Source: Balanoglossus misakiensis (taxonomy: Eukaryota; Animalia; Hemichordata). From it: DNA of 64,000 nucleotides. Below, piece by piece: positions 51,052-64,000 of this stretch; within the stretch, counting starts at the first letter, position 1; every line of letters begins with the position of its first letter. A program made the translations under genes and the position numbers. The stretch is taken from assembly GCA_040954595.2 (NCBI GenBank), contig CM082591.2, positions 1 to 64,000 on the forward strand, in the 5' to 3' direction. A model generated the notes under the pieces. The model saw only the letters and a program-made list of their open reading frames with translations. It did no database searches and had not been told where the DNA came from.

Positions 51052-54000
51052 ACAGTGACAAATGATGCCTCATTTCTATCAATCCCCAGTTAAACCAGAA
51101 TTGAGAGTTGTCGACGACTGCAGATATACGATAGAAAAGTTTCTAATGTGCATTATCTAAGAACTAGAGGGCGCTATGACGACCAACTGGGAATCCGCGA
51201 AACGAACAGCAATTTTACTGCAATATTCAAATTTTCGTCACAAATTAAAGAATCATGACTAACATAGGACCCTAGACACCAAATTTCAAAGCAATCAGGT
51301 CGGCGGTTTGGTTACTGAGTATGTCATGGTTGTTCGCCTAACATGCCGAGTCACCAAGTACAAATTCATCATAGGAAAGGTGAAAAAGTTTAGGCCAGAG
51401 ACTCTCCGCCGTAGAAATGAACGCTCCTTCCTAATGCTCCATTCTGGCGGACGGATGTTTGATAAGTCTCTCTGAATCCCCAAGAAGGTTTCTAGAATAA
51501 CCATAGTCAGATCACAAACACGCATGGCAAAGTTTTGTGTTTAACTCACATCATCACAATTACATGTTTCATGAGACACTGGGAAAGAATCCTGATCTAC
51601 TAATTAAATGTTAGGGGTTACAAATAATTAGCACATTGCTGACAGTTGTAAGCCACAGCACATTAAAAATCCTCAAAACATGCCGTGTCACCATTTATTG
51701 GGAGACATGGCATGTGTGACAAACGTTTAAAAGATTTGGACGACTGTTCTTCCAACAAATCAAAGTAGGATATGACTCTACAGTTAACAGCAAACATGAT
51801 GGTACATAAGTTTCAAAATTTGATGCTTCCCACACGTCTTATCTTACTGAAAACTGCACGTGTGACAATCATTTCGATCATACAACACCTTGTAATCCAC
51901 GATACGCTGATATCTTATCATCATAACCAGTGACGTCACATACTTATCCTCTGACCTACTGAAATGCACACTATTTAAAGGCTGAAATCAGACCACCGAT
52001 TCCTTTGAGTTCCTTGTCTTCAAAGAACACCGTCGCATTGCGTTTGGGATTATACGTGTATGAGTTGGGTTGTATCAGATTAAAGTTAAAATACATGTAA
52101 CCACAACTAGAAAAGTAATTAATCCAATTAAATTAAGCCTTTGATCTTTACCGACTTACGAGCATGTCACCAAGGAGGCGTACTTGAAATGTGATGCCGC
52201 TGTAATTGAAGTGGATTTACCTACGGATTACGACTATCAGAAGATGATTTGTATATCGCCAATAGGCTCGCGTTTCCAACACACTAAAAGAGCCTGAAGC
52301 AAACGTTACCTAATGGCTGATTAATTCTACAATTTTGTAAACTGTAGATGTGCTGGCGTAAAATACATCTGTCTGTGCACTCGCATCTTATTATGTAGCA
52401 ACTGTGAACAATACGGGATAGTAGTATTGCTCCCCTCTTGTCTTTAGTAATAATGTACAGGGTATCTCAGGTAATAAGAGATTTGCGTCGAAGCCATTGC
52501 TGAAAGTTTGACATGGAGTTTGCAAGTCTGATTTTATAAACGCTTCTGGACTGCGTGTGCTATAAGTAAATGAAACTTGTAAGATTTGACCTTGCATGTT
52601 CAAAATTAAGTCCTGTGACCTTTGTCGTTGACAAGGGTGCATGACGGAATGACCATCTGAGCGATTTACGTCCTAGATCCTTGACGGATGAATGCTCATT
52701 TGTCATCTAATCGAAGTGACTCAAACGTAGACGCATGATGGTCCAGTTGCAACTCTACGAAACTCACTATCAGATAATTTTAACTTCGAGACCCGCACTT
52801 GTTCGCAGTATTCACGTGGTGTGCCATAGGCTTGGACGAGGCAGGTTATACGCCATTGCTTTACCGTAGCGGGATGAAGGTGTGATGTTGCCTGTTACAT
52901 GACGGGTAATAGTTTATGAAGAAACATAGAAACAGCTGAATAAGCTTCCGATCCACAGTTACTTTTTGTAATTCCGAATGCGCCTCAGAAGTGTTGCAAG
53001 GGGTAAACCCTCACAACCATAGACCCTGGTACAACCCTGTACTTGCACCAAAGCAACACCGCAAACACGTACGTTTTTGTTTGCCTAGTAGCTAACTGAA
53101 ATTAATTAAATCGTCCGAGTAAGTTTGAAGGGTGCATTTTAAAGTAATTTGATTGAAAATGTAAGTGTCAGTTAAAAACAAAGCTAGGGCCATCATTTGT
53201 GAGTATTAAAAATAATTCACATTTAAGGATTGACGCCTACAGCAACTGAGTCCTATTCAAGGATGACGCGATTTCTGAGGATATTTGACTAAGTTTACAC
53301 AACCACTGTCTTTTGATTTAGCCCTTTCTTAGCCAAACAATTAAGTTATTCCAATTTAGTCAATGTTTCCTTTTCAGGGTCAATTCTTGCTCTTGCTGAA
53401 AAGGGAATTCCAGTCCGGACTTGAATTCTATTTCAACGGGAACAATGCTGACATACAGACTGGTAAATCGGACAAAAATATCGGTTCTATCAGCTTGCTG
53501 TTAGCAGATGCGACCTGTACCGTGCACAATTCAGGAAATAGTAAACACATACAAACCCAATGAAGAATAAACTACAAACTTGTTTGACACTGGATTTCCA
53601 GAGATCCAGGTAAATATATAACTTGACGTTGGGCGTTATTTTTTTACAAGTAAGAACTCTAGAACGTAGCAACCAATTATTGGACTATTTACTCATGGGT
53701 TTTATGGCTCCTGACACACAATATTGACATCGCATTTATCTCTTCCATAATGTAGTAACGACATACGCATTTTCCTGTTACTAGCTACACAGAATTCGTC
53801 ATTTTATAAGTAGTGCATATCCCTTTGACCCCAGACACGCACACGAATCTTGCCAAAAATACTTGTTTTAATGATTATTGAGGGAATTACTCAATGTGGA
53901 GTGTGTAACATGTGGTCTATAGAAGTGCTAATTATAGTCTCCTGCATCTTTCACGCGGGAAATACCATCTGAAAATATAGTAGGTGTGGTCTTATGAAAA

Positions 54001-54381
54001 ATCAGACATAAAAATCTTAATTTAAAGTTTCAAGCAGATTTCTTTATCCTCGATAGCTGACAAAAGGCAAACAGCTAGTCAGTCTTCAAAACTTTCCAGT
54101 TTCTAATCTAATCTAACACGTTTATTTCAGCAGTTACAGGTTGTTGTAAGACTGAGGCTCACCCCACCACAAAGTGGTATCACCCCTTATCAGAAATTAC
54201 CGAATAAATAAAACCACAGTCCACCTAGCATGCCAACATAAGCCACAATTTACAAAGTGGACTGTAAATGTTAGAACAGCCACAAAATTGGGGACCAGTT
54301 TGACTGACAACTTCGACACGGATAGCAACCTGTTGGGCCAACTAAAATTGACGACGCGACCCCGCTGTAAGAGCTTCGAAC

Positions 54382-57300
54382 ATGTCCACTGAAAAACATA
54401 CGCTCCGTTATTCGATCGATGAAATACTAAAAGACGACCATGACAAGGCGACGGGAAAGATTTACGAACGACATCGGTCCGAAATCGACAAAATCGTCAC
54501 CAGTACAACAAACAGTTCCCGAACTAACATCATGGCGACAGGTGTACAAGTAGTCCCGCACGAAATACATCCACAATGGCCTTACAGTCAACAAATTTAT
54601 AACAACTATCTGCTACAGATCACCAAACTGAGAACCCTCCCTTTGGACTACAATGTCTTTTATTCTTCAGCTGCGGCGGCACAGACACCTTTGGTCTTAC
54701 ATTCCTCTGGTAAGTAGAGTTTTAAAACTTCCCAAATTCTCGCAAATTCTGCAAACAATTCGAGAAAAGTTAAAATTCATAATACAATGTCTAATATCTA
54801 CCTGGACTTCGGTTATCTACCTAACACTTCTCTTATTCCTTCCTGGATCTTTCATTGTTAACTATGAAAGAGGGAATCCACTCACAAAAGTGAATCTGTA
54901 AATTCTAATTCGAATGTCAGAAGGGGGTCAAACGCTCAAAATGCTAATTCGAATGTCAAAATGAGGAGTCGAGAGTTGAACATGACTGACCGAATTTTAA
55001 CATTTGATTACGCGCCATCTGCATGTCCGTCTCCCCCTTCCCCTCTCTTTCTATGCTCTCTTCTCTCCCCCCTCTCTCCCCAAAACACGTGTTTGACCAC
55101 AATCAATTACTTATGTGACACAATAAAACAAAATATCTAAACACCAGTAACCCCAAGCCGTCAAAGGCCGTAAAACCACGATTTTTATGTGGATATCTCT
55201 ACCCCCTACTTATCAATAGGCTTGCTGTGTAGGTAGTTTTTTTATTCTAATACCTGCATTTATCGCATCTACTTAAGCCTACGATTACAGTTAATGAAGT
55301 CTCATCTCATATTTTACCATGATTTATTAAATGACAACTAAATAAAACCCCATTAAGAACTTTACTATAGTGTAATTGCACTACAGGAGCATGGTAGCTG
55401 CCCTACAGTCTATCCCCCGTTAATGGTTTTCAGGTGGCAAACGCTTTCTTCAGTAAATAGTGATGGTGGAGTGACATTATTATTTTTAAGTCACTCTTGC
55501 TCTCAAGTCCCACTTCAGTGACAGTTAGACCATCACACCGAGGGTCGCCGGCAAACCCAAATATTCTATAGTCTGCTTGAGAGCGTTCCCATGGACACCG
55601 CACCAATTTGCGACCACATTACCGAGTGGACGGTAAGTTCTTGTCTGCAGGACTCGTAGCCTAAGTGATGACGATGTTTTTATTGAGAGGTAGTTTGCTT
55701 TAAAATCCCGGTTTGACTCATTAGTATCTTCATTTTGACATTTATTGATGTCAGGGTCACACCGTAGCTACACGTTTAAGTTTTGGCATTTCGTGTTGGC
55801 GAGATTACTGTTTATGGATCGCCGAGGTGAAAATAGCTACAGCCAGTTTTTTAGGAGGCTTGTTCATGTTACTGTTAAATTTTCACAACAAAAAATAAAG
55901 TGCACAACGTCCGGGGTTTCGACACCGAATTCGAGACACAGATAGGCAAGTAGGCAGACGACAGGTGCATAGACGGGCAGACAGACAGACAGGCAGACAG
56001 GTGTAAGGGACTATTATCCTGGCTGCAAGTAGGTGAAAGGTGGCGACAAATATTAGTCGATCAAATCATCGGTTGTCATATGATAGTGAACGTAATAAAC
56101 ATTGTACCTAGCAACCCGAAGGCTATCTAATTAGAAGTCTAATTTTGCATTGCTAGGTTTCGATGAGAATTGCTAAACTAAGCTTGTGAATAAGCAGATT
56201 CTCTGCCACAGTAGAATGCAATACAGAGAATACAATTTGATGACAAGTTCTTCTAACGCGGATGAAAGTGGTGTTATAACATTTGTATATAACCGTAGCG
56301 TCAAGAGGTCTTTGACAAATACCGTCAAATCAGTGGCGTGATAAGAATGTTGAACTGGAGCGTTATTCATGTTAATGACTTAATTGTTGTGAAACGCACC
56401 CTGATCAAACGAAGCCCGTTTAATTAATTGCTGAGTTATATGCCCTTTTAATGTTCCATATTCATTGTCACGAACTAAACTATTCCAGGTCGAAGAATGA
56501 GTTCCCTGAAACCACCAGGCTCAAGACTATTGATTTCATTGCGTGGTATCTTTCTTCAACGAATGAACAGTTTATCGACCATTTGCTTGGTTTCTCTTTG
56601 TCACCGTGACGTACTGAGGGTGAACCATGGGTTGAACAAATTGGGGTGGGAGCAGTTCACTTTACACTTGCCTTGTTACGTTTTTTATGGTCGGAAAAAT
56701 TACAGCAACATTTTGTAAGTCACATCGCGGTCCTTACGACTTGGTCAGGTGGACAACTGTACACTCAGTACCTTTGTCCAGACAACTCTGGTAAAAGAAT
56801 AAGATGTGAAAAACAAAATGTTCACTTGGGAAGAGATGTGAAACTGATATGCGTGTCTGATTACGTATTTCGATGAACACTTTTCCCTCAAGTAGTTCAA
56901 CAGACATCTACAATGTGTGATTTATGGAACTTTGGTCGACATCGCTGCTACATGTACATTTAGATGAGTAAAGATGAGTTTCCCGTCGAAATGTACCTAC
57001 TATGTTACAATTTTTATCCTTGAAAATATCAGTGTTATATGAAGACTTTTATTTTTGAACCAATATTCAGAATATTCATATGAATCTCAGCTCAGATTTT
57101 TTTAGAATCAGTATTGTAAAAGTAGAGTTCTGTGTGACGCATCAGGTATCATTATATTTGGTGTGGACAAGTCTCTGAAGGCGGGAAATCGATCACACAA
57201 CCGTATTTGATACTTACGTTGACAAGTGACCAATATTTAATATGCAGATTACTTTATCGTTGATCAAAGAGTCGATGACCTCTGATTGCTTGGTGTGGTT

Positions 57301-59930
57301 TTCTCTCTATTGATTTCAAACTACAACATGACTCGCTGGAATGACTTTTCACCTATAGGTTATATTATATAACCCAAACACTGACGTTATAAAGTTAGAC
57401 CTATTAAAGCGTGTTCGCTTGCATGATATCAAACGTGTTTCTGTAATGATACACAACTTCGAGTTCGCGTTGTAAGCAGCTTAAAACTATATTTGAAATA
57501 TCCCCAACTCTATTATCGCTTTTATATTTCAAGAGCTGACTCCCAAAAGTTTAAATTGTGATAAAAGACCCGAACGAATTATTCAACTGATGTTAGATTC
57601 GGGAACTGGGAACAGCGACTTTGATAAATGGTTTTTTTTTTTTTTCAAATACGTCTAAGGCGGCACTCCACATTTGTAGCCAGTTGTAAGGTCACTGTGC
57701 GAAAAATATAAATAAAACATTTTTCAGTTACCATTGGCGGTCACGTTTTCTTAAAAATTAGTTCAGAATACGGCCGTTAAAGAGCTTTTTATGACAGTGA
57801 AGACGAATTAATTCATCAAATGAAATCCATAAAATCTCAATTGGGCTTGAGATAAGATAGCGATGATGTCAATTAAGTCTGAGCGACCTTTGCTTTAGAC
57901 AATACGACGTACGTCCTGGAGAGGACAGTGTTTATTTCCAATGGGAAGTAGAAATCCATATTAAATCCGTGGATTTTAAGATTTTCATAAAAGTACAAGT
58001 TTGGGAATTGGGTTTGCCTTGTATTCATCAATCGTCAACGTTTATTAATTGTATTGCAGCCCAAGCCACGGAGCTAATTCGTTCTATTTAGTTCTAGCGC
58101 CAGCATATCAGTTGATGTCACTGAGTTATCTATACCAAACTTGGGCGGGATTAATTCTGGGGCAGAGCCAAATACTGTGATATTCACTGACAATTATGAC
58201 GTCATAATCTCTTCGTACAGGTTCGCTCCTACACCCTCCAACATCACTATCACAGCTTCCGAGTTACCATGGTGAAGCATCACACCACCAAAGGCATCTT
58301 CCGTACGATTCTGCTGCCAGGGGAACGATAAATGAACCACCGAAACAGCATGATCCGAAACGATTACCTGCTAATGTCATGGAAACGACGGTAACAGAAA
58401 GCGATCGGGACAAGTCTACGCCATCTAGCGATGAAACAGGCTTTGTTGATGTGGTGAATTATGGAGAACCGGAAACAGACAAACTGATATGTGATACAAG
58501 GGGAAAACTTGATAGTCATGAACTCGAAAAGCCGAGGGTATATGAAAAGACGCTTAACGTCAGAAAGAACCACAAGAGGGCACTTGAAAATCACACTGAC
58601 TACTGCTACAGAGATACCCTAGACGAAAACAACAATAGTTACCTTGATGTTGATATTGATGAAGGTATTTTGGAATATTGAAAGTTCATTGTGACGCCCT
58701 AAAGTCCTTCATATTTTGATAGGTATAGCAAAGACAGTAAAGAAAAACAAAGTACATAATCGCATGAGTTCAAATTACTTATTGACCCAATTTACACTAA
58801 GTTCCGACACAAATTGATATACCTTTAAATGTACAAATCGTTTCATCTGTTATAGCATAACAATTCCACGACAACGATTTCAACCTTGTCTTCTGCCTTC
58901 TAACAGACATGGATGTGGGACGCAAACCCAAACGAAGAGCACGAACAACATTTACACCCGAACAACTTCATGAACTTGAATCGATTTTTAAAATAACGCA
59001 CTATCCAGATGTACACACACGTGATCAGCTGGCGATCAAAACGGATCTACCTGAGCAGAGAGTGCAGGTATGTTTTGGTTAGAATAAATACAATTGGCAA
59101 AGAGTGTGTTTTTTTTTAAAGGGGCGTGAGAGGAAAATGATGACAAGCGCAACTTTCGCGAAGATTCTCGCGTGAAACATTGTTTCAACAAATTTTGTCC
59201 GGTTTTTCTTCTCTGGAATGTAGTTTTATTTGTCTTCTGACGTCACAACCAATTTTGATTCTATTGCAGATTTGGTTTCAAAATAGAAGAGCTAAATGGA
59301 GAAAATACGAAAAATTGGGAAATTTTGGAGGTTTACAAGATTTAACCGACCCAAATATCGTTCCTGCACCAAGCCCGTCTGCAGCCCTTCCTAGAAACAT
59401 ATGTGTATGTGTGAAATATTATCTGTCTGTCTGTTTGTCAGATTTATATAATGTTCTAATGCCTTGATTGTAACCGAGTCGCTCCTACGAACCTGCCAAT
59501 AAAATGTATGATTACTGACCCCAAACTAAAAACTTTGCAATCAGGTCTCTCCAAAAATAAAACCAGGACCCCTACCCACACGTTAAAGTTTTGAACGATC
59601 TCGTCATCATAGCTTTTGATTATATTCTACAAATCATGATGATTGATTTAGTTTAATTTCATTTCTCTATCGAACTTCTCTTTTTTTCAGAGTGAACTTG
59701 AAGGTGACACCAATCACCATCACCGCACTTTTAATGCAGACTACAGCCAAATGATGTCAGCAGCAGGCATTGCAATACCGCCCCCACCGGCAATTCCTGC
59801 AATATCGCCGCCGATGGTAAATCATGGCGAACAAAAACAAAATGACAACTGTTGTTCTTCTAGCATAGCTGCCTTAAGATGGAAGGCGAAAGAACACGAA
59901 ACTACTATTGAAATGCAATATTTTCGATAA
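54382..59930 (+). CDS. isx: PRD-class Q50 homeobox gene, Isx (intestine-specific homeobox)-like; 5 coding exons, predicted 435 aa
   Basis: Exons 54382-54709, 58221-58664, 58907-59067, 59270-59404 and 59691-59930 join in frame at GT-AG sites (phases 1,1,0,0; 1308 nt). The homeodomain [49 protein letters not shown]|[21 protein letters not shown] resembles ISX (EQLHELE.IF..THYPDVH.R.QLA, WRK.EK.GN.G). It has the PRD-class intron at VQ|IWF, an N-terminal eh1-like YSIDEIL and a C-terminal OAR motif [14 protein letters not shown]. Confidence 0.85.
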
Positions 59931-60314
59931 ATCGACGGGGTACAGATACATGTTTTGTAAGAATATACAGGCAATTATGTGTACTACCACAACTGTTACT
60001 CGTACCCAAAAGCTGTTCATAAATCCTTCCCAAATAATGATGATTTTTTTTGCTGTCGTAAAGGACCAGAGAATAGTACTTGTATAATCTGCACGGACAG
60101 CTTGGGATACGAATGGACTGTAGATCGCCTTTAATCGGCCGTTATATTGACCATTGTGTAATTGTGGATATCATGACCCAGAGATCATTGCGAGAGACTT
60201 GACTCTACAAATGGAATAATCTTTTTTTTTTTTTCATAAGAATGTACCCGAGTAAGCCCAACTGCATTGTCATGTCGTACAGGGCCAATCACGTAATTTA
60301 TTTCATAGTTATGT

Positions 60315-60320
60315 AATAAA
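60315..60320 (+). promoter_or_regulatory. Candidate polyadenylation signal of the homeobox gene (alternative AATAAA at ~60578)
   Basis: AATAAA about 385 nt downstream of the stop codon; AT-rich context makes chance matches common. Confidence 0.3.
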
Positions 60321-60662
60321 TCGTAATGAATTTGTAATTGCCAAAGGTAAATCTTCTTGTCGCACGCAAATCAAATGTGATGTACCACAAAGTTACATTC
60401 TGGGTCCGACTTTATTATTGGTTTGTATTATTAGTATGATATTTGTAATTTAACAAGTTATTTTAATTGTACACTGTTTGCAGATGATACCAACATTTGT
60501 AAGTCTTTATGTACCCAGAAAGAAAATAAGTATGAATTAAATCAATGCCAACTTTTACATCTATATATACGAGAATTAATAAAAGTGACATTTTAGAAAA
60601 TTGTTAAAGTTTGTTGATCCATCCCCCCCCCCCCCCCACACACACACACACTAAGTGTTCAT

Positions 60663-60810
60663 GATGTGAAACTTGCTCTTACGGACACCTCCCTAGTCAG
60701 AACATCACAGATTTTCAGACAACAGTTACACTTTGAATAGAATATTCACTCTGTATTAAGGACACCGCTTTCTGTTTTCGAAGGTCTTTTATAACACAGT
60801 TTCGCTGTAC
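60663..60810. mobile_element. Possible degenerate Tc1/pogo-type MITE remnant
   Basis: GTGAAAC..CTTACGGACACC at the left, an internal TAAGGACACC, and GGTC..ATAACACAGTTTCGCTGTA at the right; ends are imperfect. Confidence 0.3.
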
Positions 60811-62160
60811 ATCGAATTTAACCAAATGATGCTTTATTTAACAGCGCCGCCACGCTCTCTGTCACACGTCAATTACTTGAAAAAAAGGGGGTGAAAATGA
60901 CGCACACGCTGACGTCATCACTGAGGATATGCATTATCTGAAACATGTTCCCACATATCGTGGATATAAATTTTGTTCTATTTTTAGGACATTGTAATAG
61001 AGCAAAATGTTTCAGGGATGGGCACATAATTACATCGGTGAGTGGAACTCGAACACAACACCTAACTTGAGCAGCATTTGATAGCAAAAATTATTTGCGC
61101 TTAATTTGAGTAACAATCTATGAGGGAACTATGCCATCTACTTGACAGAAATGTCCTGAAAAAATGTCCGAAGCTTTACTTACATTAAATATGTTTATTC
61201 TGTCAATTGCCGTAAAATCTATCAGAACCATGCATGTGCTTGTTTCACATTGCAATTGGCGAAATATATATACCCATGATTTTTTTTTACAATTACATGT
61301 AGGCCTATATATTCAATTTCGAGTCTGTACAAACGAGGTTTACAGTATACCAGAAGTTACACACACATGGAAGTTTTCCTAAATCTATGATTATTTAGAT
61401 ATTTACAAAGATTAGAAAGTATGACTGCACAAACAATAGTATCGTAATAACCGAACGTCCTCCCCAAATAAAAGCATATGTTTGTCCCTCACGTAGCTTG
61501 AGGCGATGACATTTTTGAAATCGAAAAGCTGTTTTCGAACACCTTAACGTTATAAACAATCAATTCTTACGACATGAAAATTATATTCTGTTTTAGAGCA
61601 AAATATATTTGAGCAGAAATTACGAATTCTTCAACGCAAAGTACGGTTGGATCGATGTTTGGTCTGTTTCGGATCAATCGTATTGTTGGCCAAGGGGAAC
61701 AATTTGACAAGAATGAATAGAATTTGAAGGCGAATACTGGATTATATTACCTGAAGATGAAATAAATTGATTTTTGAATGAAAAATTCGTGTCCGCAGCT
61801 AGCTCAGTATAGTCTGCTGTGGTCGGACTGATAGTGTAATGTACCCCCATACAAGCAGCTTATGCCATTATACGTTGGAGGGAGGGGGCGGTCGTAACGC
61901 GTTGCTATGGTACAGTATTTTCCGGTTGTTTCACGGGTTTCGTAGCAATAGATTTTCTCTCTCGCAATTTTAATTCAGGAATGGTACTTATTCTAAATCT
62001 CTAAATTGAAAATAACATGGTATTCTGTCTTCAGGCTGTCCTCACCGTTTGTATAATGGTACGGTCCGTAAGTCGGCGCTTTCAAAGGGTCCAAGCTAAA
62101 AGTTGAGTTAGTACTAATAGTAGGGAAAAACACAACAAAAGACAGTGATACGAGTTCAGC

Positions 62161-62393
62161 ATGGCTAAAACCGACGTTAATAGTCGAAGGTTTTCGCTGA
62201 TTTTATACTGTTTTCTGGCTCTTAGTGAGATCGACGATTGCTGTCATGGAGAAATTCGCGTCAATGATGGTTGCCCGAGTCAGTTTGGTTGTCGTTGCTT
62301 TAAAAGTGAACGAAGTTGGAGTATGTCTGTCGACTGCTCACGGAAGAACCTAACCGACGTTCCACTGGGCATTGGACGAAATACAACCATGCT
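62161..62393 (+). CDS. First coding exon of a secreted or membrane LRR protein (signal-like segment plus LRRNT cap), LGR-type GPCR candidate; gene continues beyond this exon
   Basis: MAKTDVNSRRFSLILYCFLALSE (signal-like) is followed by CPSQFGCRC...VDCSRKNLTDVPLGIGRNTTML, a classic LRRNT, ending at a phase-2 donor CT|GTAAGT. No further exon was recognised in the window. Confidence 0.75.
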
Positions 62394-64000
62394 GTAAGTA
62401 CTAGTGTTTTTCCGCAAACGTGAATATTTTTTTTGTAAACGACATGTAATGTGTTCATTATCTTTTCCCTGATGACTGGACATGCCTCTCAAGTGCCACG
62501 AAAACACGTAATAATGACAGAAAATTTCGAAACTTGGATGATCAGTCATCTTGTCGTCTCCCTCAGCTGTACGTACTCTGTCTCTGGAGACATTCATATC
62601 CGAAAACTTTATGAAGTTTGGGTCCTGGAATCCAGGCTAAATTGTAGTTGTACTACAGTTCGATCACTACTGCACGACTTAAGTTATATCCTAGCTCACC
62701 CCCCCCCCCCCGGAGGGGCTGACCGGTCAACAGCGGTATCCAGCACAAACCCTGTCAAAGATACTGTGAGACACTAGTGGGGTTAGCTGATGAAGATTAT
62801 GTGTCAAAACATCGACACTCGTGTCAGCCATGCTTGCTATTCACTATCTGATTTTCCAGTCAGCGATGTGTAGCACGACGCTAATTGCCTTATTGCTCAA
62901 CGGATTGTTGTCAAATTCCTGGTCTTTAGAACCAATGTGTAGTAACTCGTCCCCTTTACGCTCCTTTCAAATGGACATAAAACTTAAAATCTTTGTAAAT
63001 TTAGCCGATGAGGGTATTTCACATTTCGTATTGATTGTTGGGATTTATTAGAGGCCGCTATTCGGCCGTATTTGTTTGAGCTGAGTGACCCCCTTTGATA
63101 AAGGCTTTGTGAAGGTGTGTACTAACCCATGACACACGATTCTAAAAGGCTGACTTTTAGAAATGCTTTTCAAACTTTGAGGTTTACACATGTATTACCT
63201 TTAGGCTAGAACACGCGAGACTTGCACGAGCGTTAGTAAAACCATGCTCCTGGTCAAACTTCATTTTGCAAAGTTATACTGCGTCATACGCGTGAAATGT
63301 ATCATTTTAGACACCCGTGTCTATTTCACCCGTGTCTATTTCATCTTATCACTCCATTATATCTTTTTTACTGATGCGCGTGCGCGCGCGTGTCTGCGTG
63401 GGTGTGTGTTAGGAGTGTGCGTGTGGGTATGTATACATGTGTGCGTTTTTAATACTGTAGACTTTTTTGATGCTGTACTTGGCGGCTTTATCCATATGGC
63501 ATCAGTACCCTGAGCTCTATCTTGCTTTCACTCGACACTGTTTACCTTTTGCATATATGTGCATGAGAACAGTTATTCAATTAGCAAATATATCAAAACT
63601 TGATGTAATAACTTTGTTTGGTGGTTAAATATTTCCTTTTTCAGTGTATTTATTGTCTAACGTCTACAAGTGTGTAATTTGTTTCAGAAGGTAGAGCATT
63701 TTAGTTTTATGACTGCACCAGTGTGAGGTTAGTATTCAAAGCCAGTTTTATTAGTTCTATAGTAGTTACAACTTTCCAGTCCACTGATTTCAGCTTGAAT
63801 CTTAGACAGACTGCTCTTTTGTGTAGTCAGTTGATATCCAACAGACACAACATACAACTGACAAGCACTGTAAATATTTACTTCAAAATGTCCCCAAGTG
63901 TCCCAAAAGTAAGGTTTATGAGTGGAAACAGTCCATGACAGAAAATTGTTTCTTCTGTTGTACATGTGTAAACATTGATCTTGAAACAAGCATTTCTCTA

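Noticed and set aside
51162-51177. CTCF-like motif ACTAGAGGGCGCTA between the GPCR and homeobox genes
   Set aside because: It lacks the 5' CC of the consensus, and a single motif cannot be supported without binding data.

Overview
This window is the left end of an animal chromosome, not prokaryotic DNA. A (CCCTAA)n telomere (1-~3400) is followed by a layered subtelomere: a 70-bp telomere/non-telomere hybrid repeat (x6), a 52-bp CpG-rich satellite (~72 units), a related ~46-bp CpG-rich satellite with higher-order structure (~7.1 kb) and a CpG-free G-rich 21-bp satellite (~2.9 kb). An AT-rich block follows, with a ~282/384-bp tandem array, a diverged duplication, an inverted repeat and an inverted telomere-like tract. 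The remaining ~38 kb is mostly unique AT-rich DNA with three genes: a rhodopsin-class neuropeptide GPCR with an intronless CDS (vasopressin/GnRH/CCAP-NPS group, possibly the achatin receptor), a five-exon Isx-like PRD-class homeobox gene with eh1 and OAR motifs, and the first coding exon of an LRR gene (LGR-like). Several MITEs, palindromes and a LINE remnant are also present. The long ORFs in 1-17.7 kb are by-products of stop-free repeats. The host looks like an invertebrate bilaterian, possibly a hemichordate (inference only). All family assignments come from recalled motifs; no searches were run.
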